DNA of 35,303 nt from Phoronis australis (lineage: Eukaryota > Animalia > Phoronida), in the NCBI GenBank assembly GCA_002633005.1, contig NMRA01001248.1, positions 1 through 35,303 of the forward strand, given 5' to 3'. A model generated the notes under the pieces. It saw only the letters and a list, made by a program, of their open reading frames with translations. It searched no databases and had not been told where the DNA came from. The number at the start of each line of letters is the position of its first letter. Position 1 is the first letter of the stretch. Below are positions 1-13,700 of the stretch, one piece after another. The position numbers and the translations under genes were made by a program.

Positions 1-1221
1 AAGGGTTGAATATTTTATGGGTTGTATTGATGTTTTACCAAAAGCAATCCAGTGGACATAAATGTGATGTCATGTGTGTATGAGTCTGTTGGAGGAACCA
101 TTCCACAACTTTTCTGTTCTCTATTGATTACTTATTGTTCAAGCTGACATAGGATACATCCATGTGTTATGGAGAATGAAATTTATTTCGAGTTTGCTGC
201 GCTTTAAAATATTTACAATATAATGACTCTTTAGATCATGTACTCGACCCAGGGCAGCACAGAAGTGCTTCGGTACAACAATTCATGAACCTGTTCATAA
301 TTAATATAAAGTGACCAAGCTTGTATTTGTCAATGGTCAAGCTAGAGTGTACTACTCACGGGTACATTGTTATTGCTGAAATAGTGATCAGATATCCTTA
401 AATAACATCACCCATGTTATTATTGCAGATTATATAACAGACTTTTTGTTATATCCCGCGAGATTTTGAGGAAACTCCTGAAAGTATGTGGAAAGTTGTG
501 GAAGTGCGTAATATTCAGCACTGCAGAATTCTCCATTCAATCTGTAATATTTCACATGGCAGAAATTGAACTGCTAAGTATTAAGAAAATACTAACTGAA
601 CAAATTATCAAGCATCGCAGACAGACTCAGGTTTGGATTAAGAGGACAACTTAGCCTTTCCATTTTCAGATGAATTTGTCGCATTCTGCACCAAAGCCAG
701 TAGCCATTTTTCTTTTTTTGTGATCACCTTCTTTATCTGCCAAACTGTTTCAAGGGTCATTGACAACCTTATCGGTTGTCGGATCTTGTTCAGAAGGCCA
801 TGATTTGCGTTTTTGATGTGTTAAACGTCCACGGATGCAGCTCCTTATTCTTGTGCCAGTTCTGTGTAAATTTGTATAGATGTGACAAAGGCTGAACATA
901 ACCTTTTGGACGGCTCTGACTAAAGAAATTTGGCAAACAAGTTTTTCTCATGATAACGGCAACACAGTTTCATTTTGAGGCATTATTTTTGATGCATTCT
1001 GCGTCTTCTATTATTATGTGCCCACATTGTATTTCTTTCTTTGTATAATAAGAAGTCTGGTTATTAAAAGTTTTATGATGTGGTCTCATTAATCATATCA
1101 ATTCAATGTCACTTCCAGAAACACCTGGCACCGAAACGTAAAGAATTGGACCAAACCTCTGGAATTGTCGATAAAGCTGGGCGACTTTGTGATGAGGAGA
1201 GTACGACAGCGGGCCCATCAA

Positions 1222-3067
1222 CCCAACATTAGGCAACAATAAGATTATGCCTCTCGTAAGAATGTGAGGTGGGCTCAGTTACACAAGTCCTTTACCAATG
1301 TGTTCCAGTCAATAGTGTTACTGACAATATCACATGGAACTTGTGGGATATGAGTTCCATGTTGGACCAATTTACGTCATTACAAACTGTTGTGAACTAA
1401 AAGAACTTAGTCATGAGCGTAAGTACGAACGTGGCATTTAATGAACTTTGAGATTGTTCGAACAAAGTCATTTTGTTTACTCATTTTTTTCCAAATATAT
1501 GTGATGGACAGAAATTATTGGCGTTCAGGGTGTTACGTGTAGGTGTGTAGCGTTTTATTCAACATTTATCATTTGTCATGTTGTAATTCAAGTAAAAGAA
1601 AAGACAATGTGAGACATTCTTTATTGCCATGTGTTACTGGACCTTGTTACCAGCCAAATAAACTTCAGGATATCCTGCTCTCAGCATCATTTTAATTGTG
1701 ACTGGAGGTTGAACATTACATGTATGATCTTGAATCAGAAAAGTTTGATCTGTTTATTCATTGGTATTATACACTTGTCATGCTTCTGTTCATTTCTGTT
1801 ATGTTTCTGCTGCTACAGTGAGTTTCTATGTACTAACAGCTTCTGGCATGTATCACCAATGCTTTTACCATTGCATGCTTGCCAGGGTTGTATGGCACGT
1901 GCCTAACTATGAAGCTTTAATTTTTGCTATTTTATCAAGGAGTTTGTTGGTCATTATCATTGTATATTTTACAGTCCAGTAAAATACGGCTCAGTTCCAT
2001 TTCAACAAGCCTCTGATATTGGGCACCTAGGCTGTCTCTGCAGTAGCTATTCGCGCTCTCTTAGCTTGTTGCTAGGACTTTGTTGTGGTCGTCCTAGATT
2101 TGAGTTCTTGGCTGTATTTTAAAATGCCTTCAAGAGATCTCAGAAGATAAACAAGTTCTTGCTTCCACCGCCTGTTACTGAGTTTGCGACTATGATGGGG
2201 TGGAATATTTATTCATTTTCCTGGACATCAGTGTTTGATGAGAAACTTTTGGATACTTGCGAATAAGTGGATCAGAACCACAAGCTAATTCCTTATAACA
2301 ATGTTGAGTGGTTCAAATCGCTTTTTTTAAATTGATTTACAAGAATATTTATATGAAAGTGCCATTTTTAGTCAACCAGTTGATATTGTGACAGGGTGGC
2401 GACCATCCCAACATTAGGCAACAACACTTAAAGATTATGCCTCTCGTAAGAATGTGATGTGGGCTCAGTTACACAAGTCCTTTACCAATGTGTCCCAGTC
2501 AATAGTGTTACTGACAATATCACATGGAACTTGTGGGATCTGAGTTCCATGTTGGCCCAATTTATGTCATGTACAAACAGCTTCTGGCATGTATCAGCAA
2601 TGATTTTACCATTGCATGCTTGCCAGGGTTGTACGACAGTACCTGACCAGGAAGGTCTAATTTGTACTATTTTATCAAGGAGTTTGTTGGTCATTATCAT
2701 TGTATATTATACAGTCAAGCAAAATACGGCTCAGTTCCATTTCAACAAGCCTCTGATATTGGGCACTGACACTGTCTCTGCAGTAGTTATGCCCACTCTC
2801 TTGGCTTGTTGCTAGGACCTCGTTGTGGCCATCCTAGATTTGAGTTCCACGCTGTATTTATTCATTTTCCTGGACATCCAGTGTTTGATGAGAAACTTTT
2901 GGATAGTCAGGAACAAGTGGAACAGAACCACAAGCAAAAATTTATGAATAATTCCTTATAACAATACAGAGTGGTTCAAATCGCTTTTTAGAATTGATTT
3001 ACAAGAATATTTATATGAAAGTGACATTTTTAGTCAACTACTTGATGTGCCAGGGTGGCGACCATCC
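1222..3067. repeat. Two-copy tandem duplication (unit 1 ~1222-2406, unit 2 ~2407-3067)
   Basis: cccaacattaggcaacaa..aagattatgcctctcgtaagaatgtga occurs at 1222 and 2407, and both units end cagggtggcgaccatcc (2392, 3051). Unit 1 has an extra ~450 bp (~1385-1830) and ~90 bp (~2118-2208). The minus strand shows a weak trace of a LINE C-terminal zinc knuckle (VEMELSRILLDCKIYND..LLDKI). Confidence 0.9.
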
Positions 3068-6000
3068 ACGCCTACATAATAATTAAGAAATATAATAAAT
3101 ATTATCAAGACCGTTTTATGAAGTTTGTGTCCAGAAAAACTTTGAAAAAGTGCCACCATCATGACTTTGGTTGTTAGTGTTAAGTTTGAGCATTTAGACC
3201 TGGCATAGTAAAAACATAATTATACTGTCACATAATCACCATATTTAGTATTGCGATTATTCAAGACTAGCAGAAGAGTACTATGCAGTTTGATTTTCTG
3301 ACTTTTGTGAAATTTGTTCATGCTTTAGTAGTTAGGAGTAGGATGACAATCATCTCATTTAAAGAGTCTACAAATCACGTGATGACCTATAGTTACAAGC
3401 TTGTCTCACTTCCTGTAGTTTTAACACAACACGTCTGCTCAAAATTCTTTTTTTCTTCATTCCATTTCAGTGTAAGTATCGTGTAGTTATATTTGTTTGT
3501 TTGTCTTAGTATAACTTGTAATTGTGCTATTTGTTAAATGGTCCAGCATTGGAAAGTAGTGTCGACCAGCCACGTGTATTGTGTGCTGACGTGTGACGTC
3601 ACATCGTCATGTGGCGCGTGACGACACTGGTCTACTTGGCTCGGGCAGTCATTGCATGAATGACTTTATGGTGGGCAAAAAGCTGCAAGCCTCACATGTA
3701 AAAACATCACAGTTTCACAAATACCATCATTATTCTTAATTTGAATGGTAAAATTATAAAAGTAGAATGTCAAAGGACTGCTTGAAGGATTGTCTGCTGC
3801 GAGATCATGTAAACACTGCGGTCTGGAAGCAAACATTTCACCTGTGTGTGAAAGTATTTGGGTCGTGCAGTGATTGCTGTCAAATCTTAACGTGTACTGA
3901 AATGTTTGTTATGATATAAACGTTTAATCTGCTCTTGTTCACGTTCTCAGAAAAAAATGAATAAATGGTGCGTACATGTACGTATCTGCACATGCCATTT
4001 CATTGTTAGTGTGACCGTACGAGTACTGATTTAGCTCCATCCCATTGTATTCCAAGTTGAACCGTATCTTCTGTTGCCCCGGTGTCACAAGCTTTTGGTA
4101 AGAACAATTTTGATAGTCAAAGTATTAAGACTGTAAGATACTTTACGTTTGTTTGCTCCGGGTGGCTCATGGTCACGTGTATATTCATGACTGAATGGAC
4201 TGAATGTAATTTGCATATGACCTGACCTACATTTCAGTATAAGTGTTGTGCGCTGACTCGATTTACTCACATTGTGGCAGTGCATATTTGGCGTCAGTGA
4301 GGAGAGCCAGGGAGCGGCAGTATTGAGGTATTTTTCATGGTGTTTTCGTATTTGGTATTTCCGAATTTGCATTTTGTCTGTATCTGTGAGGTTTGCTATG
4401 CATTTTGTTTTTTATTTTTAGAACTGAAACAGAGAAGAACTGTGAAAATGTCAATGAGAAATGTTTCACGTCTCTCAATAAAGCTCTTTAAAAAGATGTA
4501 ACTCCTCTTGACTTGCCAAGCACTCACATTGGTTCTCAATAGCACTCACAAGCACTCACAAAGACAATTATTGACTTTGAAAGTGACTAAATATTTGTTA
4601 GATTGCATAATAGAGCGTTCATGTATTACGTCATCAAAATTTGCCACTTTGCCGCTCCTTACCACCTGTCCACCTCTCATTTACGTCATCACAGCCAACC
4701 CCTTATTTAACCAGCTTATGGAATGGGTTTGTAGTTTCTCCGCTTACTTGTTTAGATGTTTTTACGTACATGCAAGTCTAGTGACGTATCAAATCCTAGA
4801 AGCCTGAAATTGTGGGTCCTGGTTTTTGAATGAGTCGCGAGTAGAAGGTGAACAGTTTCACAGCAATGTGCACTGTGGTCATGGACACCATTCAATAAAC
4901 CACGGTGTGTTTTTGTATACTCCGGCAGGGTATGGTGGTGGAGACCCACTCTTAACACGAAAGCCTTGCCCCAGGTTTCTAAGCAAGAGTTTCGTGCGTG
5001 GTAAAGTTTCTTAATTGGCTCGTGTTTTGTGGGCGTGTGCCCGAGCTACGGATGTGTTTCCATCCCTGGACTGCCTGCATTGTGATCTTAATACTGCAAA
5101 TAGACAACCTGGGTTTTCAAATATGATCATGACTTAGTTTAGCACTCTAAACAGTATATATGAGTAAGACAGGTTATTAATAGCAGTGCGTAAGTTGCAG
5201 TGGCAGACTTTTAGTGACAACCAACTCTTACAGTTGCTGTGGGCTAATTGTGGTGTACAAGAGACGCCAGAACGATGGGAAAATATCTTGATATAAATAT
5301 CAAACAAGTTACACATCCACATGGGAAACGAAAAAGCAAGTAATAAATACCTCGCACTTTCGTGGGGATTGCACCAATAGGTAATTGTCATTTTTCTGAG
5401 TTGATGATAGGTTGCTGCAGAATGTATTGGTGATTTAATTACGCACTCGCATGGTTATATGCGCGTGAATACTGCCGTTATTTATGTCTGGGAGTCCACT
5501 GTCTATGGATGTATCTTCCACTTAATCCTTGAAGGACTCTCGCAATGAGATTTGGTAGATGTGTTCAGTCCTATGAAGTTGACGACAGACGAAAACGACG
5601 ACATGTATCGAAGTACTATAGCTCTGCCCCCATGGCAATTTTGGTTTTTTACACTTGCCTCCGTATCTTTGGAGTTTTATATTTTTTCAAAAACGTATTA
5701 AAAAGACCATGATGCCTTCCCGTATGCGGCCTACGAATTTGAGTATTGTGCGCCAACTGGTGGGAATTTAAAATTTGAGAACGTTTTTAACGCCCGCATT
5801 CCTAACTGCCAAACTGCTCAAAGGATCTTCATTACTTAGACTGATGAGAAGACCATGCCCGACTATGATGTTCGGACGGATTCGAGTATTTTGGCGACCC
5901 CTGTGGAATTTTTTTGTTTTTTGCTATTTGAAGCAAGGGAGATTGTAGAGTCAAGTTAAGATCACTGCAAGGCTACAAGCTTTACATGTCGACGAAAGTG

Positions 6001-7572
6001 CAACAATCCCATCTACTCTCGTCAAGAAATATCCTTAGGGAGAAAGTTTCGGTGATGAGTTCAGTCTACTCATCGCAGTAAGTTATCTTGGCAACCTGGG
6101 AAAGTCACGATCCGCTGGAAATGCGTTAAGTGTCGGCATGTAACAGACTCCTGCATGGAGGCGTGTGTTGAAATTTCAGATTCTTAAAGGAATATGCAAG
6201 TGTCTTATGGTTACTAATTGATGTAGCAATCATTTTCATAACTTCTGAGATTGTCAGATTAAACACGAGCACAAAAGCATGACGAGACAGGCAACGTTGA
6301 ACAGCCTCACACTTTTACGTAAACAAAACCGTTGACGTCTCCCATTATTGACAATATCTTTAATGCAAAGTGCAAAAAATGTCAAATTTAAGACGAGCGA
6401 ATATATACATTTACATACTGTACACTGGCCACCACAGGCTGTGTTAGAGTTGAACGATAGCTGAGCCGACAATCTGCACACGTTTTAAACGGCGGTGCGT
6501 TCTAGAACGTTTTAGTCGGAGTAGAAGCCGTTTCATTTCCTTCCCTTCTTTAAAGTAAAAAATATCCCAGTTAGTTTGGATTTGAGAGTATAGGGGCCCC
6601 GAAATTCGAATTATCTTACGGGCCTCAAATTTCCTCAATCCGGCCCTATTTACTCTCGCTTGACTGTAGCAGGGTTGACCCTTGCTATGAACAGTGAACA
6701 TGCACTAACTACGATATGAGTTGGTTTAGTGTCGGGCTACTCCTGAGTTGTTGTAACCGTGTCTCGTGCTCTCCAAGTACATCTCGTATTCTTCTGGCAC
6801 ACTTAAAGCTAGAACATTGTTGGTGCAAAACGATGTCTCGGAGTGCTTTTATCGTGCAGTACTTTTCACTGTCGAGCATTTATAGTCATTGCTGTGTTGA
6901 CAATCCCTGTACATGAAGTTGTGAAAAACCTTCTTCCATTTGTCAGTGTTTTCAATTCTTTCAATTTCGCGGCAATGATTTGAGAATGAAAATTAAGCAG
7001 GCGTTTCTGAGTTCGTATCTGGACTGTAACCGATCTTGAGCAGATATTTTCGACTGAGTTCGAATCAATTAGGCAACGGGTGCTGGTCTTTCATAATTCA
7101 AAGGCTTTTAAAAATGAACTTCGTGCGCTGACTGAGTGTTTCCTTTGGTCGGATGTAATTAACTGAATGTTCTCATTTGATTGGGAAAGTATCACATGTA
7201 CAGCCAAAGGCTTAGCAATATTATTTCTGGAGTTGAATTTTTGAGGAAGGAATTCAGTGTTAACAATACATGTACTTTCTAACTGTAATCTGAACTTGTA
7301 CAAGTAGGCCTATGTAAGACACTGTGAATATGAAAATTTCCATTGATGGTCATCTTTGTCTTTTCGGGTTTTTTTCAAGTTGACTGTTGGCAAGTTGCTT
7401 TTTGAACTTAGTCTCAACATAGACTATAGTACATGGACCGCCAACTCCGTATACTTTCAATGGACGAAATCTGTGTTCTTACGCACAAGCCCTTACGTCA
7501 TTATTCACTGGCGACACCTGTCTAAATTTTCTGGTGCAATTTCGGGCAAGTACCGTACGTCGTCTGCTAATC

Positions 7573-7780
7573 ATGGTCGGCTGCTTCGTGGCCGGTTGTT
7601 CAGCCACACAGGCGAAATATAAACGCGTTAGCTTCCATACCTTCCGAAGACCCCATAATCGGCTGTGGGAAGAAAAGCATACATCTATTTTTGTGTTGAC
7701 GTGAATGGCAGTTGTTTCAGCAATAAGACTTTATACATTTGTTCAAGGCACTTTAAAGATGAATGTTTTTAGAGGCTCTG
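7573..7780 (+). pseudogene. Frameshifted THAP (C2CH) zinc-finger domain
   Basis: MVGCFVAGCSATQAKYKRVSFHTF..W, then after frameshifts NKTLYICSRHFKDECF. This matches the THAP signature C-x4-C..FH.FP..W..ICS.HF. Confidence 0.85.
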
Positions 7781-8199
7781 GTAGGCCTACTACTTAATCC
7801 TGTCTTCGCAGATCAATTTTTGTTTTCTCTGGCTTGGTGAAACTTTGGTAAACTTTTTGACGAAAATTGCCCTCTGAATTTCTTCCAAAGGTAGTGACTC
7901 ATGAACTGCTGTCCTTACGAGGAACTTCAGCCATAGTGTAGTTAGAGAATTAACCAAGTTACTCTTCGCTGGTCTTGATCAGACGGCTGGTCTCAGCACA
8001 ATGCGCACATTTGGCCAGGATTTGGATCAGCGATTTCAACAAATTCACATTCGTGCATGTTCAAATAAATAGAACGTGGAGATCGCGTGAACCTCATGGC
8101 GGGAATGTTGGTTTTCTGACTTGTGCGGACTCTCCCATCTAACAATAACGAAATATATATAGTTTGAAGACAGAACCGACAGCAATTCATCTCACATGA

Positions 8200-8911
8200 T
8201 GTCACGTTTTTCCCCGTGAGTGGGTGGGCGCAGGTTGTTACAGACCGGTGGTAATAGCTTTCGTTGCGAAGATTGACTGAAGACTGGTTCGAGTTAATCC
8301 TTTATTAATCCCGACCGTACGTCCACAAGCCTACTCAAACAAAACGTCCGACGTAATGTCTGTTTATGCTCCAGCCAGTGCTGCAAAGCCTTGACTTGTG
8401 ATGAACTTCTGAGACACGTTCAACAACTGTTACACCCGATTCAATAACCTGCTGTGTCACTGTAGCTGGTTCTCTATTGACTACCGCTGTAACTGCTGAT
8501 TCTCTTCACTGCAACTCAACTGTAGTTCCCCTGATAAACTTTCTTGAACTGGCTTGATCTCACTTGATCTCCCGACTTAATCTGCTTGGACTCAAGTGAC
8601 TTAATCTGACTAACACAAACCCGTGCTTGTGTATTTATAGCCAAATGCATTGTTCTGGAACTTTTCATCAATTCAAGCACATTCTACAACTTTCCTGAAT
8701 CTACTCAACCATTCTACAAATATATACTAGTCTCTAGAATATTCTAGACTGTATTAATCACTGTCATGCTAGAATCTTCTAGAAAGTTCCACACTATACT
8801 ATAGTAAACAAATTACATCATCACTGTACTTAACTCAGGGGTCTTGCCAATCAAACAGAATAACAAAACAAAACAATACAACTAAAAATACTGTCAGACC
8901 ATATTCTGACA
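8200..8911 (-). mobile_element. Solo LTR (712 bp) of an LTR retrotransposon
   Basis: TGTCA...TGACA termini and a 5-bp TSD CATGA (8195-8199, 8912-8916). Minus-strand TATAAATA (8632-8639) is followed by AATAAA (8301-8306), giving U3-R-U5 order. Confidence 0.9.
8652..8790. promoter_or_regulatory. Cluster of heat-shock-element (nGAAn inverted pentamer) arrays in the LTR U3
   Basis: Perfect 4-unit aGAAtcTTCtaGAAagTTCc at 8771-8790; near-perfect arrays at 8731-8750 (tctctaGAAtaTTCtagact) and 8652-8666 (gTTCtgGAActtttc). All lie upstream of the minus-strand TATA. Confidence 0.7.
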
Positions 8912-8912
8912 C

Positions 8913-9747
8913 ATGATTAGGAATAACGACCAAACCCCGAGAATTGGCAGAAAAAGAACACCAATCCGAAACTCTAGTGAACTCCGAGCTTCGACGTCAA
9001 AAAACCTCTGAAGCAACCGACAATGGACGCCATATTGAAGAGGAAAGGGACAAAATGTCACCAAGAAGACTTGGTTATTGAAAGATGAACTAAAAGAGGC
9101 GACCATGGACTCAGATATCCAGTCACTGTTTACAAACATGATAAAGCCCTTAATTGACGCTGGTTTGTCTGAAATGTATAAAGCACTAGAGCTTCAATAC
9201 GATCAAAAATGGCTGAAAAGGATAAAAAAATAACAGCACTTGAAAATCAACTCGACAAGCTTAAACAAGAAAGTGGCTCTCAGATACACAGGTTGGAATC
9301 TGACTTGGATGAGCTTGAACAGTATAGCCGCCGAAACTACGTTGTAATCAGCGGAATAACAGAAACTAACAAGGAGTGCACAGACGACATTGTTATTGGG
9401 CTAGCAAAAAGAATTGATGTTACCGTTGAGAAGTCTGAAATATTTCGCAGTCACCGCCTAGGTAAAAAATCTAAGGTAATGCCAAGACGAGGTCAATTAT
9501 AGTTAAATTTACGAATTACAATGCAAGAGCCGAATTCATGAGAAATAAAAAGAAATTGAAAACTGAAGCTGGCAAGATCTACGTTAACGAGAATCTGACC
9601 AAAAAACGAACGCAGTTGCACAAGGCTTGCAGAGTCCTGGGCGCCCGGATTCAGAGTTGCTGGACATATGATGGAAGAATTTATTACAAGAACTGGGCCA
9701 ATGAAATTAAACGGGTGAGCAGCATGGAAGATTTACAGGGCATCTAA
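8913..9747 (+). pseudogene. LINE ORF1 (coiled coil + RRM-like + CTD), frameshifted
   Basis: Coiled coil KITALENQLDKLKQE, then DELEQYSRRNYVVISGI, HRLGK, IVKF, IYVNENLTK, WTYDGRIY: typical non-LTR ORF1p motifs. The start codon is inferred. Confidence 0.88.
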
Positions 9748-10756
9748 CTCTCTCTCAGCTCAACATTATACACGCAAGCCAGAATAAAATACAGTAGTGC
9801 AATAGTTTCCAGCGTCTTGTATTCAGCTTTTGGTAAGATTACCCACTTTTGTACTATAGTCTGCATGAAAGACGGCTGCATTTCCTTTTTCCTTTAAGTT
9901 GATTGAGTTATACGGTAATTCCATAACTTCACATTATCCATTTAACCTTTAACTGCTTCTGTACTCCATGTGGAATTGTCAAACTACAAGTGTAGCGTAC
10001 CGTAATTGTCAGGTACTTCGGACCCTGTTGAGAGACCTCAGTACATATGTACTTCCCGGTACTTCAGGTAGCCATTACTGTGTATATGATTAGCCTATTT
10101 TTTCCTTCACGTTAGCCGTTGTGCCCAACGTATCGTTTTCACAGCTAAAATATACCTGCTTCTCAGGCTACAGTGTATGACGAAGTTCGTGACAACCGTG
10201 TCGCGTAGTTTTGTTGTTGTAGCTGTGTTCTACATGTATGTTATTCTATTTTGGTCTAAGCGTCATATAGCTTCATGCTGGACAATCTATCTGGGGGCCT
10301 ATTTACGAGGGGGCTGCGTATTGCGTGTAGCCACGGAGTGCGGGCAACCTTATCATTTTATGTGTGTGATCTGTTTGCTCAGTGCGGGCGTCCCGACAAG
10401 TCTCAAACGCACACTATAGAGCCTAATCATTTTACTGAAATGTATTTATCCTTAAATTTCGTTCTACTTGTTTTTGTATGAGACCGTGTGGGCAATGCTT
10501 CTAAATGTTTTTATTATAGTCTCATTATGAAAAATACTGGGAGAATAAGCCTTACCACGAGGATGAGTTTTCATGTGTTTTCTATCCTATGTTACATCAT
10601 ATTTCACATCGATGTTGTACTCTGTGAAATCTATGATGTGCTCATGGATGTGTTTGTATTGTTTGTTTTGTTTTGTGTGTATGTGGTGTGAATGGGTCAG
10701 GATTGTACTATTATTAATTGTTTGTCATTTGATTTATGTACATAACCGTTGTAATT

Positions 10757-13700
10757 ATGACAGGTGAACTTAAAGTAACGTCACTGAACTGCAGAAGGCT
10801 GGGTCTCCATGAAAAACGAAAAGATATACTCAATTATTTAGGAGAAAAACAATACTCCATTTATTGCCTACAGGACACACACTTTACTAAGAGAGAAAAC
10901 AATATTAGATCGATGTGGGGATATGAATGTTTTTTCAATTCAAATACCTCAAACTCCCGTGGAGTGGCGATCCTCTTTAAGAACACTTTTATATAATAAA
11001 TTAATTTTGGATATTACTGTTAATGAGACAAGAATTACCTTAATTAATTCGTATTGTCCAAATAGGGACTCGCCGTCCTTTTTTGAAAGAATAAAACAAG
11101 ATATTCAAGATATAGGAAATTACTCTGTTATTTTGTTAGGCGATTTTAATCTTGCTTTCGATCATTTAAGGACACGCTTAATTATAGACAGGTTAATAAC
11201 CCGAAGTCACGGATTAAGTTGATGGAGATTTGTACAGAATTGTCTATTGTTGATGTGTGGCGGGAACTAAACCCCAGTAGTAAAGAATATACTTGGAGAG
11301 CTTGAAGTAAACGATCCAGTCTAGATCTTTTTCTAATTTCTGAAAACCTTTTAGCTGATATTGACGACTCCATAATAGAATTCGGTTACCGGTCCGATCA
11401 TTCAATGGTAACGTTTTTTTTCAAAAGTGATGTTTCCAGGAGGAGAAAATCATTTTGGAAGTTTGATAATTCTCTCAAAAAAAACTCTGAGTATATTGCT
11501 GCAGTCAAGAATACTATTAATTTAGTTAAACATCAGTATATGACAGACGACATTCAGAAAGTTTATAGTACAAGTAATTCAGATTTACAGTTGTCTATAA
11601 ATGATCAACTTTTTCTTGAAACGTTGTTCATGGAGATTCGCGGCAAAACAATTTCCTTTGCTACTTACTTAAAAAGAAAAGGTGATGGAATTCAACAGCA
11701 ACTTATCAAAGAAATAAGCTTGATGGAAAAATGTCTAAGCCTTGACAGGGAACTGCTGGAACAAGAAAAAACAATCTACTTGCCGAGCTAAGGCAAAATA
11801 AGTTAAGAGGTCTTGTGACTTGGTCGAGAGCAAGATGGATTGAAAAAGGTGAAAAGCCTTCCAAATATTTTCTTCACTTGGAAAATAGGCATTACACAAG
11901 TAAGCTGATGCTTTTTTGTGGAAATCTGACAATACTAAAACCAATAGTGAAGAAGAGGTTAATCAGGAAACCAAAACTTTTTATGAAAATTTATACAAAT
12001 ATAGACAGTCTAACAATACTTCTTTAAAAACTCTTCTTGATAATGTTTGTGTCTTCAAGCTGAATGAGACAGAAAAAGAAAAATTAGAAGGTCTTCTTAC
12101 ATATGAAGAAGTCTCACAATACTTGAAAAAAAAATGAAAAATAACAAAAGCCCAGGCTCAGACGGTTTTTCAGTGAAATTTTTAGTTTTTTTTAGGTGAC
12201 ATTGGATATTTTGTTGTTCGCTCACTTAATACTGGTTTTGCTGTTGGCCAGTTATCCTCAACACAGAAAGAGGGAGTGATCACCTGCATCCCTAAGGGAG
12301 CAGATAAAAGTACACATTATTTGAAAAACTCGAGACCCATATCCTTACCCAATGTGACATATAAATTGGATTCTTCGGCAGTGGCTGAACGTTTAAAATC
12401 CGTTTTTGGAAAAGTAATCAGTAAGGACCAGACAGGTTTCTTTTCTGGAAGAAATATGAACGCAAATATTTCCGAGTGCTATATGATTAATGTTATATGC
12501 CCAGGCAGCTAACAAATCTGGATTGCTTTTACTGATTGATTTTGAGAAAGCATTCGATTCATTGTTGTAGAATTTTATTAAAAAAACTTTATCTTTCCTT
12601 AATTTTGGTTGGTCGATCAGAAGGTGGGTGGAAGTCTTTTACATTAATATTAAGTCCTGTGTTGTCGTAAATTGTCACCCATCTTCTTGGTTCAATATTT
12701 CGCGTGGCTGCAGACAAGGTGACCCTTTGTCTCCCTACATTTTTATATTGTGCGCGGAGACGTTGGCGTGTGTAATCAAGAATAATAGAAATATTGCTGG
12801 AGTAGTTGCTGGGAATAAGGAATATTTGATTTCGCAATATGCGGACGACACATCAATTACGTTGGATGGGTCGAATTTGTCATTGACTACCACAATGAAT
12901 GTACTACATTTGTTTGCTAGTGCCTCCGGTCTCCAAGTGAATGTGGATAAAACAAAAGCCATATAGTTTGGAAGTAAAGTGGTAGTGATGGCGTGATTCC
13001 TACAAAAGAAAGTCTGTCTTGGACAAAAAATCTTTTAGATTTTTGGGGGTGGGTTTTGACACTCAATTGGATAGTACACTGGATGACGCATAAGAACTTC
13101 ACTGCAAGAATAACTGAGATCAAGTCTACTAAAAAGTTAGAATCGACGGAATTTAACGCCGTTTGGTAGAGTAACGGTTATTAAAACATTAACTATTTCT
13201 AAACTTATTTTTTTGTTGTCAAGTTTACCAAATCCAACAATAAAATTATTGGGTGAATTGAATACGACATTTTTAGATTTGTATGGCAGGCCCGTAATAA
13301 TAAACTTAAACGAACTACGGCCTGTTTAGGACTTGATCAAGGGGGAATTCAAATGGTTAATATGCATACTTCAGCAAAGCTTTAAAACTCGCTACGGCCC
13401 GTAGATATCTTGAAAACCCTGCGTCTAAAAGTGGTGAATTACTGTACTCACTCTACCCGTTCTTAAAGAATTTTGCCTCATTTGGAGATGTTTTTATTAA
13501 GTCGAAGTTAACTCTGATTGGTAACTCCTACTGGCGCGACGTATTTGGAAGTATGTTATCTTTCTACAAGAAAATAAATGTTGCGAGTAAAGAGGACTTT
13601 TTGAATCAACCTTTGTAGTTTAATAGTAACTTGGCGATCGGAGGCACAGGTGTTTTTTAAAAGACTTGGTTTGTAAAAGGCTTAAGATTTATTAGAGATA

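Noticed and set aside
4460-5130. Possible LTR (TATA-like tatttaac, CRE-like tacgtca motifs)
   Set aside because: No TG..CA ends with a matching TSD could be identified.
5480-5960. Helentron/HINE-like relic (gacgacagacg..tactatagctc) and a ~147-bp degenerate direct repeat
   Set aside because: The resemblance is impressionistic; no subterminal inverted repeats or hairpin confirmed.
6716-6916. Near-identical 66-aa ORF in both block copies (also 25425-25625)
   Set aside because: The identity is explained by the DNA duplication; no recognisable domain.
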